Source: Bacillota bacterium
GTDB lineage: Bacteria; Bacillota; Limnochordia; Limnochordales; ZCTH02-B6
DNA length: 64,000 bases
Assembly (NCBI GenBank): GCA_017656145.1
Contig: JACDOI010000004.1
Coordinates: 17,850 to 81,849, forward strand
Direction of reading: 5' to 3'
Numbering within the stretch: the stretch's first letter is position 1; each line of letters starts with the position of its first letter. Of this stretch, positions 56,465 to 64,000 are shown in pieces. The notes beneath the pieces were generated by a model. That model worked only from the letters and a program-made list of their open reading frames with translations, did not search any database and was not told where the DNA came from. The position numbers and the translations under genes were made by a program.

Positions 56465-57445
56465 GACACGCCTTGGTTACAGGAGGAGCTGGGTTCATCG
56501 GCAGCCACCTGGTGGACCGGCTGCTCACCGAAGGCTGGCAAGTCACCGTCGTCGACAACTTCGATCCGTTTTACGATCCCGCCATAAAGCGCCGCAACGT
56601 CGAGCCACACCTTGACTATCGAACCTACCGGTTGGTCGAGCTGGACATCCGGGATCGCGAAGGGTTGCGACGGCTCAGCGGCGATTACGACGTCATTGTC
56701 CATCTGGTCGCCAGGGCGGGCGTGCGTCCGTCCGTCCATCCAGGACCCTATCGGCTACTATGAAGTCAACGTGGCCGGGACCCAAAACTTGCTAAAGTTA
56801 GCCAGGGAGTGGCGGGTTAAGCAATTTGTCTTCGCTTCATCTTCAAGCATCTATGGTGTGAACCCCAACGTCCCTTGGCGCGAAGACGACCATGTGCTTT
56901 TGCCCGTCAGCCCATACGCGAGCACGAAAGTGGCCGGGGAACTGATGGGACATGTGTACAGTCACCTGTACGGCATTCGGTTCGTTGCCTTGCGTTTCTT
57001 TACTGTCTACGGGCCCCGGCAGCGGCCGGATCTTGCGATTCACAAGTTTGCCCGGCTCATGCTGGCTGGGGAACCCGTGCCGCTGTTTGGCGACGGCGGG
57101 TCTCGCCGGGATTACACGTACGTTGACGATGTGGTTCAAGGCGTCCGGGCTGCGATGGATTACCGGGCAAGCGCCTATGAAGTGATCAATTTGGGCAACA
57201 ACCGCACCGTATCGTTGCGGGAGATGGTCCAAGCCCTTGAACAGGTGCTCAATGTTTCGGCCCAGTGTCGCCATCTTCCCGCCCAACCGGGCGACGTTCC
57301 GCAAACGTGGGCGGATCTCGACAAGGCCCGGCGTTTGCTCGGATACTCCCCGCAGACCTCGTTTGACGAAGGGCTAAGATCCTTTGCTTGGTGGCTGGAT
57401 GCTCAATCGCAGACCGGTCAGTATGGGCTTCGCATTCCTCGGTGA
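56461..57445 (+). pseudogene. NAD-dependent nucleotide-sugar epimerase/dehydratase interrupted by a +4 nt frameshift in a gtcc x3 run (56726-56737)
   Basis: The N-terminal part ([16 protein letters not shown]) is in frame 1 up to RAGVRPS. The remainder ([15 protein letters not shown]...YASTK...) is in frame 2. Deleting one gtcc unit restores a single ORF. Confidence 0.75.
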
Positions 57446-57652
57446 AGTGCGGCGTCGTCTTTCACGTTGCCGAAGGAACCTTGCGGAACGTGTCGAAAAG
57501 TACGGCCGGGCTGCGAGAACATTCGCCAGCGTTGTAAGGCGATATGGCCGTATGGCGCGGGTCATCACAGCTCTCTGGCTCGTCACGGTACCTGTCAGCG
57601 ACACATCCGGAAGCCACAACGATGCCAGCAGAATTGGGGTATGTAGAACCCG

Positions 57653-58945
57653 ATGAACCTCGCACGACCTTTAGTAAATTACTCTGACGTGCGCTCAGTA
57701 TTTGTATGGAATCCACAGAGGATTCTGCGCTGGCTTGTCGACATCGTGGCGACCTTTGGGGCGCTGATGGTCGGCTCCTACGTCGCGTGGAATACCGCCG
57801 GGTTTTGGCAAGTGCCGGGCATTTGGCCCGTCAGCTTGGCGATCGGCGGTGCCGTGCTCGGAGGAAAAGCCTGGTTGCAGCGTCGTGTTGTGAGCACCCC
57901 TTGGGAGCGCCTGCGCGCTGTGACCGCCTGGGTTGTGGCGGTTTACCTTTGTTTGGGCGTGTACCTTTTGATGGTCCGCTCTCCCTATTCTCGATCGTTT
58001 CTGCTCAGCTCGTTTGTCTCACTTCTGCTGTGGCAAATCGTCGATGCGTTGCTCATATCGAGAGCGCAAAGACCGGCAAGGCTCGCAGTCGTCCCGGGCG
58101 GGGCCTTGGAACCGATGAGCACGCTTCCTGGTGTCGAGCTGTACTGGTTGCGCCGGCCGGAGCTGGAAACACCGGTCTCGGGACTTGTGGTCGATATGCA
58201 CAACCCGCTTCCTCCCGAATGGACGCGCTTTGTGGCTGAATGCGCGGCAAGTGGGCTACCTGTATACCACGCGGCAGCCGTGTACGAGGCCGCCAGCAGC
58301 CGGGTTGCCCTAAGCTATTTGAGCCATGGCTTGGTGGGTGAGCTGTTCAACGGCTCTAGCCCATATATGGCGGTCAAGCGTTTGATCGACATCGCTTGCG
58401 TTCTGTTGAGCTTGCCCATCACGCTGCCCATCGCACTCATCACCACTATTGCAATACGTCTGGACTCTCCCGGACCCGTCTTGTTCTGGCAGAAGAGAGT
58501 CGGACAGGGTGGGCGGGTGTTCTGGCTGGTCAAGTTCCGATCGATGTATACCGATTCGGAGCGGAACGGTGCGCGGTTCGCCGCGGCCGGCGACGACCGC
58601 ATCACCCGCGTGGGGCGGGTGATCCGGAAGCTGCGGATCGATGAGCTTCCGCAGTTGTGGAATGTGTTCAAGGGAGAAATGAGCCTGATTGGGCCCCGTC
58701 CGGAACAAGTGCCGTTCGTGCGCGAATTCGAAGAGAAGATCCCGTTTTACCGGTGGCGACATCGGGTCAAGCCCGGAATTACCGGGTGGGCCCAAGTGAA
58801 CCAGGGATACGCCGCGGGCGTTCAGGATACCATGGAGAAGCTCGAATACGATCTCTACTATATCAAGCACGCATCCATCTGGCTCGATCTCGCGATCATT
58901 GTTCGGACAATCCGGGTCATGCTGACCGGTCATGGAGCAAGATGA
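57653..58945 (+). CDS. Polyprenyl-phosphate glycosyl-1-phosphate transferase (bacterial sugar transferase, WbaP/EpsL-like)
   Basis: N-terminal TM segments precede the C-terminal KRLIDIACVLL...GPVLFWQKRVGQGGRVFWLVKFRSM...DELPQLWNVFKGEMSLIGPRP. Confidence 0.9.
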   Translation: MNLARPLVNYSDVRSVFVWNPQRILRWLVDIVATFGALMVGSYVAWNTAGFWQVPGIWPVSLAIGGAVLGGKAWLQRRVVSTPWERLRAVTAWVVAVYLCLGVYLLMVRSPYSRSFLLSSFVSLLLWQIVDALLISRAQRPARLAVVPGGALEPMSTLPGVELYWLRRPELETPVSGLVVDMHNPLPPEWTRFVAECAASGLPVYHAAAVYEAASSRVALSYLSHGLVGELFNGSSPYMAVKRLIDIACVLLSLPITLPIALITTIAIRLDSPGPVLFWQKRVGQGGRVFWLVKFRSMYTDSERNGARFAAAGDDRITRVGRVIRKLRIDELPQLWNVFKGEMSLIGPRPEQVPFVREFEEKIPFYRWRHRVKPGITGWAQVNQGYAAGVQDTMEKLEYDLYYIKHASIWLDLAIIVRTIRVMLTGHGAR

Positions 58946-59185
58946 GGCTCCTCCTTCTAAGCACTAGGCACTAAGCCCCCGGCGTAGCTGATTCTAGGTC
59001 TACTTGCAACCCGGCGTGAGCAGGGGTGTATCCTTGTTTTGTCGCAGGATACTCTGCCGGGCGTTGTCCAGTCAGGTGGGCGCGCTTCAGGCACCCGCCA
59101 AACGCTTTTCTGGTTGCGTCACTTTCGGCCCGGAGAAGTACATCAACCCGCAACGCGAAAGCAGGGAGGAAACGGAGAGCGTTCA

Positions 59186-60520
59186 GTGCGGTATCTATGC
59201 GTATTCGGCACCCGGCCGGAGGCCATCAAGATGGCGCCGGTGATCAAGGCTTTGCGGCAAGCGGGGGAGAGCGCCAAAGGCCAGGTGGACGTGCGGGTAT
59301 GCGTCACCGCCCAGCACCGGGAGATGCTGGACCACGTCCTGGAGCTGTTTGAAGTCGAACCCGACGCCGACCTGAACCTGATGCGGGCCGGCCAGGATTT
59401 GACCGATATCACGGTAGGCGTGCTGCAGGGAATGCGGACGCTCTTGCCCAAGCTGCGGCCCGATCGAGTCTTGGTGCACGGCGACACGACGACGACGTTC
59501 GCGGCCAGCCTCGCGGCGTTTTACGAGAAAATTCCCGTGGCGCATGTAGAGGCCGGGCTGAGGACCGGCAACATGTACTCACCGTGGCCTGAGGAAATGA
59601 ACCGCAAGCTCACGGCCGCCATCTCGGACATGCACTTTGCTCCCACCGCTCGGGCCCGGGACAATTTGCTGGCCGAAGGCGTGCCTGCCTCAAAGGTTTT
59701 CGTTACCGGCAACACCGTGATCGACGCGTTGCTGCAAGTAAGCCGCCGCCTGGAGGCCGATGCCCCGCTTCAGCGGTCGCTGGATGCACGGTTTCCCTTT
59801 TTGCGCAGCGACCGACGATTGATTCTCGTGACGGGCCACCGACGGGAGAACTTCGGCGAGCCGTTTGAGCGCTTGTGCCGGGCGCTGCGGGCGCTGGCGG
59901 GCCGGCCGGATGTGCAGATCGTGTACCCGGTCCACCTCAATCCAAATGTGCGGGAGCCGGTCTTTCGGATCTTGGGCGCGGCAGCAAGCGGCGGAGAGAA
60001 TTGGGCCGCGGGTGACGGGCTGGGAGCTGCCGCAAGCACAACTATGCTCGATACTGTAGCCGGTGCTGTAGGCGATGCCGCAGGCGTTTCCTCCGGCCGC
60101 ACTCAGGACATCGGCACCGCTGGTCCGTCTTTGGTCCTCATCGATCCCGTCGACTACCTGGAGTTTGTGTACTTGATGCAGCGGTCGTACTTCATCATCA
60201 CCGACTCCGGCGGCGTGCAGGAGGAGGCGCCGAGCCTAGGAAAGCCCGTGCTGGTTACCCGGGAGACCACCGAGCGCCCCGAAGCGGTCGAGGCCGGCAC
60301 CGTGCGCCTGGTGGGCACCGATGAAGCGGCCATCGTGAGAGAAGCAGCGCGCCTTTTGGACGATCCCCAATGGTACAGGCGCATGAGCCAAGCCGTCAAT
60401 CCATACGGCGACGGCCGGGCTGCGGAACGCATTGTCAGCTACCTTTTGCGAAAAGACGGGGTCGTGGCTAGCGGCATCAAAGACGTTCCTGAATTTGAAC
60501 CAGGAAATTTGAACGAGTAG
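59186..60520 (+). CDS. wecB: UDP-N-acetylglucosamine 2-epimerase (non-hydrolysing) with a ~50-aa low-complexity insertion
   Basis: Motifs [70 protein letters not shown]. The likely start is GTG 59186. Confidence 0.85.
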   Translation: MRYLCVFGTRPEAIKMAPVIKALRQAGESAKGQVDVRVCVTAQHREMLDHVLELFEVEPDADLNLMRAGQDLTDITVGVLQGMRTLLPKLRPDRVLVHGDTTTTFAASLAAFYEKIPVAHVEAGLRTGNMYSPWPEEMNRKLTAAISDMHFAPTARARDNLLAEGVPASKVFVTGNTVIDALLQVSRRLEADAPLQRSLDARFPFLRSDRRLILVTGHRRENFGEPFERLCRALRALAGRPDVQIVYPVHLNPNVREPVFRILGAAASGGENWAAGDGLGAAASTTMLDTVAGAVGDAAGVSSGRTQDIGTAGPSLVLIDPVDYLEFVYLMQRSYFIITDSGGVQEEAPSLGKPVLVTRETTERPEAVEAGTVRLVGTDEAAIVREAARLLDDPQWYRRMSQAVNPYGDGRAAERIVSYLLRKDGVVASGIKDVPEFEPGNLNE

Positions 60521-60997
60521 TGGCTCAAGAAGGGTCGTAACTGCGCTGTGTCCTTCGGTTGGGACCTTTTGTCGGCTTGTGGCTACTTAGCGACCGACGT
60601 GGCCTAGATATAGATGAATTCTGAGTCGTTCACGTTATCCAGGCGCGAAGGGAAGCGCTTCGCATGGCGACTGCTGACAAGTGGGACATTCCCGGACACC
60701 TGCGTGATTTCATCGTTGAGGGGCAGTGGCAGCTGGCGGCCTGATGACCGCAAACGACGTTAAGAAAGAATGATGTCAAACCAAAGGAAGGTCTCTTTGT
60801 AGTGCAGGTTCTCGATTGCGCATCCAGGAGATTGCTCATGCTTTGATTGCGTGGGGGCTCGGAATTATCGACCCCGAACGCCCCGCGCAATCGGATAGTG
60901 CGTTTGTCGGCGACGGTCGCAATATGTGCGAAGGTTGCCGGAGGCAGTCAGCTAGCGGGTTATGCGTAACGGCCTAACCTTTCCCGCGGGCATCCTT

Positions 60998-61372
60998 TCA
61001 TTCCAATTTTCCTTTCAAAAAGGCCAGAGCCTGCTCGCGAGTGGGGAATTTATATTCCTCCGAGTGTCCCGATTTGGAACGAATCATGTCCAGGGTGATG
61101 TTCACCACAGCGCCCGGAGTCACGACGGCCGAGCGCCGCAATCCCTGGCTGATCACCCACTTTTGCTGTTCGACCACGAGCCGCTGCGCTTCGGGCCCGA
61201 ACGACACGAGGTTCGACGTATCGACAAGCATGTCAAAGCCGTTCGCCCACACCTCTTTGATGCATTCGGCGATCTTCTTGTTGGCCGCTTCGAATTCGCT
61301 CGGTTCGACTTTTCCCGACCATACCAGCTCAATGATGGGGTGATCACGATCCAAAATACGCACACTCCACAT
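60998..61372 (-). CDS. STAS/SpoIIAA-like small protein
   Basis: A 124-aa ORF. ELVWSGKVEPSEFEAANKKI...FDMLVDTSNLVSFGPEAQ resembles SpoIIAA-like (STAS-fold) proteins of unknown function. Confidence 0.45.
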   Translation of the reverse strand: MWSVRILDRDHPIIELVWSGKVEPSEFEAANKKIAECIKEVWANGFDMLVDTSNLVSFGPEAQRLVVEQQKWVISQGLRRSAVVTPGAVVNITLDMIRSKSGHSEEYKFPTREQALAFLKGKLE

Positions 61373-61668
61373 TGTGCCTTGGTACCTCCATTCTTGAAGT
61401 TGAAACTAGAAAAGCAAGTTATCAATTGACCAAGGCTCCAGGTTTTTCCTTCTTTCCGAGGTTAACTTTTCCTATACTCGACCTCGATAGATCCGTTTGC
61501 TCAGTCTTCAGTGTCCGGGACCGCCGGTGAGGATAACACGCGTCGAAGAATTCCGCCGGCGAGCCCGCAGTGCAGGGGTTGGGGTGTCGCACCCGTTGGC
61601 GAGTGCAGCAGGAATTGGTCGATGTTAACGGAATGTACAGTAAACAAAACGCGGGAGGGAGGTTAACC

Positions 61669-63177
61669 GTGGCCTTCCATCGCCAGTCGGGCTTAGACAC
61701 CCGGTCGTCGAAAATGCCCTGGTGGGTCCCGGGTGCGGATGCGGGCCTCGTCTATCTCGGCAAGCTCCAAGCGTTATCGGCTATCGACCCGCGAGTCATC
61801 CAGGCGATGGATTTTTGGTTAAAGGATTCCGTAGGCGACCTCGGTGAGGCCCGCCGGATTGTTCTCGAAGCGACCGATTCCGAGAACTACGAGCGATGGC
61901 TGGAGGCGTTAAAGGGTTACATCGGCGAGCAGGTGGCGGCGGACCTCCTGGAAACGCAGGGATTCTCCGTGGAGTGGGCACCGGCGCCGAACGAGCAAGG
62001 ATGGGACCTCTCCATCAACGGTCAACCCGTTAATGTGAAGGTTGGAGCGACGGCCGAACATGTGGCCCGGCATCTGGCCGAGCATCCCGACATTCCCGTC
62101 GTCACCAGTCCTGAGTTGGCCGCCCAGTTTCCCGACGAGGCCGACAGGATCATCGCCTTGCCGGAACTGGACAATGAGGCGCTTGAGGCGATCCGAGACG
62201 AGTCGCTCGACAACCTCGTGGAAGCCGGAGAATGGGAGGCGGTTTTCCCTGTCGTCACCGCCGTTGCTGCCGGTGGGCGTGAACTGGTGCTCTGGCTCTC
62301 GGGAGACACGGATCTCCTGTCGGCGGTTCGGAACGCTGGGTTGGATGTTGCCGGCGTCGGCGTCGGCATGTTCATCACGGGGCATCTAGCTGCCTCGGCC
62401 TTGACGGCTCTCGGCGTCGTTAACCCCCTGGCGGCAACCGTCGCTTCTTTTGGAGGCGGCTTGCTTGGCAAATCGCTGGCTCGCTCGATAAAGACCCGCC
62501 CATTGGAGGAGGCGGTGGTAGAGTTCAGGGAAGCGCAGGAAGCTGCCCGCCGCGAGTGGATGGAACGCCGCGTTCTGTTTCGTCAGACAGTGCTCCGCGG
62601 CATAGCCGCCCTGGAGCGGGAGCTTAGAGAGCGGTTGCGCCGGATCGAGCGCAAGCACCGCCGGCGGCTGAGTACGGAGAAATCTCGATTCGAGAGAGCG
62701 GTTCAGGAATTTTTGCACGATGTGCCAGACCGGTTGGAATCGGGCGCTGAATGTGCGTTGTCGGGGCCTCCGGAGCTCGGTCCGTGGCTCGAGCGGGAGC
62801 GACAGTGGGTAAGAGAAGTCGCGGACGGGATTCGGCGCTTAGTCCAGTCCCTTCCGCCAGCGGACGCGTTTGCTGAGGTTCAAGACGTCCTCTTGAACGC
62901 GCGGGTGCCGATACGCCAACTCATGGAGTCTGTGGACACCCTGGTACAGGAGCATGCCCGGATGCTGACCGCGGCCGGAGTGGAACGGACCTTGGCGGAA
63001 CGGGAGGCCAGGCGGGAAATCGCCCGAACGGTTTCCGCGATTCAGCAGTTGATTCTCCGCGAGTCTCGAAAGCTGCACGAGTGGATCGATCAGCGACGTG
63101 AGAAGTTGAAGCACCTGGCGGAAAAGGTGGCTCAGGCGGCTCGCAGGCTCGGTTTCCGTTGGCCGCTCCCTGAATAA
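61669..63177 (+). CDS. Paralog of the 27043-28926 protein (Mrr-like motif + hydrophobic Gly/Ala segment + coiled coil)
   Basis: GGGAGGGAGG ends 6 nt before GTG 61669. Motifs are KGYIGEQVAADLL...GWDLSINGQPVNVKVG and VVTSPELAAQFP...IIALPEL. The hydrophobic segment is GVGVGMFITGHLAASALTALGVVNPLAATVASFGGGLLG. Confidence 0.7.
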   Translation: MAFHRQSGLDTRSSKMPWWVPGADAGLVYLGKLQALSAIDPRVIQAMDFWLKDSVGDLGEARRIVLEATDSENYERWLEALKGYIGEQVAADLLETQGFSVEWAPAPNEQGWDLSINGQPVNVKVGATAEHVARHLAEHPDIPVVTSPELAAQFPDEADRIIALPELDNEALEAIRDESLDNLVEAGEWEAVFPVVTAVAAGGRELVLWLSGDTDLLSAVRNAGLDVAGVGVGMFITGHLAASALTALGVVNPLAATVASFGGGLLGKSLARSIKTRPLEEAVVEFREAQEAARREWMERRVLFRQTVLRGIAALERELRERLRRIERKHRRRLSTEKSRFERAVQEFLHDVPDRLESGAECALSGPPELGPWLERERQWVREVADGIRRLVQSLPPADAFAEVQDVLLNARVPIRQLMESVDTLVQEHARMLTAAGVERTLAEREARREIARTVSAIQQLILRESRKLHEWIDQRREKLKHLAEKVAQAARRLGFRWPLPE

Positions 63178-64000
63178 TTAGCCAGCCAGCGGTTGCGAGG
63201 GATAGGCGCTGTACCCCTTTCGGATCTCGTCTCGCACTTGGTCAAGCTGCAGCAAATACCGGTCGATCTCCCGATACAGCTGTTTCAGGCCCGCTGCCGA
63301 CCACCCCTGGCACGTGCGTCGGGAGAATGCGGTGGTCAGGCTTTTCATCACTTCCCGGTTGAACGCGTCGACCGCAGGGAGCACAGTGGGCCGAATCCAC
63401 CGTCGTTCGATGCCTTGTCTTGCTTCTTTGATGGAATCCCGGAGGAAAGCACCGAGATTGCGGGATGTTTCGGATGACTTAGCTATCGTGCGAAGGACCG
63501 CTGCCGCGAGGATTGCGATCAAGACCGGTGGGACAAAGGTGGTCGCTGCCGCAACCCCGGTAGCAGCCGAATACCCGGCAACGGCGCCGCCGATCACTGT
63601 GCCGGTGAACAAAGTGTCCCGCAACTCTTGCAGGAAATCGTTTTCGACGCTGGATGGCCGCGCGGCGTTATGGCGGCGTTCGGCGTTCTGTTCGTGAAGG
63701 GTTTGGAATCGCTGGTCGACTGAGGCACCGACCCGATTGGCGACAGATTCCCACTCGGATTTCAAACGCGCGTGCACGGATTTGTCTAAATCATCGACAA
63801 ATGATTGCCAATCGTGGCCTCGGAAGGCCTCCTCCAATTTCTGCCGGAGTTCTGTTTCGTAGGACGTTGCGTCCACGGTTGCCCGCACGCGGTCCCAAAC
63901 CTTTCGGGGAATCGCCTCTTGGTCCAAGCGGTAGGACACGGATTGTGTATACCGATTCAGCTCATTCCAAATGTGTATTTCCACCTCGTTGCGAATCCGA
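63178..64000 (-). CDS. C-terminal part of a helical protein with a central hydrophobic Gly/Ala hairpin (possibly dynamin-like stalk/paddle); 5' end outside window
   Basis: The ORF is open to the window edge. LFTGTVIGGAVAGYSAATGVAAATTFVPPVLIAILAAAVL is flanked by charged helical sequence. The stop codon abuts the stop of the convergent paralog gene. Confidence 0.45.
   Translation of the reverse strand, partial: RIRNEVEIHIWNELNRYTQSVSYRLDQEAIPRKVWDRVRATVDATSYETELRQKLEEAFRGHDWQSFVDDLDKSVHARLKSEWESVANRVGASVDQRFQTLHEQNAERRHNAARPSSVENDFLQELRDTLFTGTVIGGAVAGYSAATGVAAATTFVPPVLIAILAAAVLRTIAKSSETSRNLGAFLRDSIKEARQGIERRWIRPTVLPAVDAFNREVMKSLTTAFSRRTCQGWSAAGLKQLYREIDRYLLQLDQVRDEIRKGYSAYPSQPLAG

Noticed and set aside
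60521-60997. Possible transposase or HTH remnant (RIQEIAHALIAWGLGIIDPERPAQ) downstream of wecB
   Set aside because: The similarity to IS630/IS3 HTH regions is too short and degenerate, with multiple stops in all frames, so it is not called.
1-64000. CRISPR arrays, tRNA, rRNA, tmRNA, SRP or RNase P RNA
   Set aside because: I saw no regularly spaced short direct repeats, no cloverleaf-compatible 70-90-nt segments and no conserved rRNA, tmRNA, SRP or RNase P blocks while reading both strands. tRNAscan-SE and cmscan would be the definitive checks.

Overview
This is a high-GC segment (about 65% by eye, not computed). It probably comes from a spore-forming Firmicute, judging by CotF-like genes, a Firmicute-type c-di-AMP riboswitch and a XylR-type operator; the taxon cannot be proven from the sequence. 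Layout: (1) 1-8968: a Liv-type ABC transporter, an M20 carbamoyl-amidase, a dihydroorotase-like amidohydrolase, PyrK-like and PyrD-like genes and a PucR regulator, together a candidate reductive pyrimidine/orotate catabolic operon. (2) 9-20.6 kb: CotF-like genes, MFS transporters, a consensus promoter plus c-di-AMP riboswitch plus terminator controlling an OpuA-type betaine transporter, an M20 dipeptidase, an orphan Wzz, gpsA and a macro-domain gene. (3) 20.6-29.9 kb: a lower-GC defence/mobile island. It holds a translationally coupled ABC-type ATPase plus Toprim-like pair (OLD/PARIS-like). Two ~0.78-kb direct repeats (MTH1187-family gene, RHH antitoxin, decayed PIN toxin) bracket recombinase debris, an excisionase-type HTH, a type II R-M pair with overlapping 3' ends, a UvrD-like remnant and a 627-codon uncharacterised ORF (Mrr-like nuclease motif, glycine-zipper membrane segment, long coiled coil). 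(4) 29.9-37.2 kb: a ROK-regulated sugar ABC transporter plus a GH78 alpha-L-rhamnosidase. (5) 37.3-60.5 kb: a mosaic polysaccharide cluster with a low-GC core, remnants of four IS families and several pseudogenes. (6) 61-64 kb: a paralog of the uncharacterised island protein, convergent and abutting a partial helical/hydrophobic-hairpin protein. I found no rRNA, tRNA or CRISPR array. The best candidates for an undescribed system are the paralogous nuclease-like/glycine-zipper/coiled-coil proteins and the split ATPase-Toprim pair.
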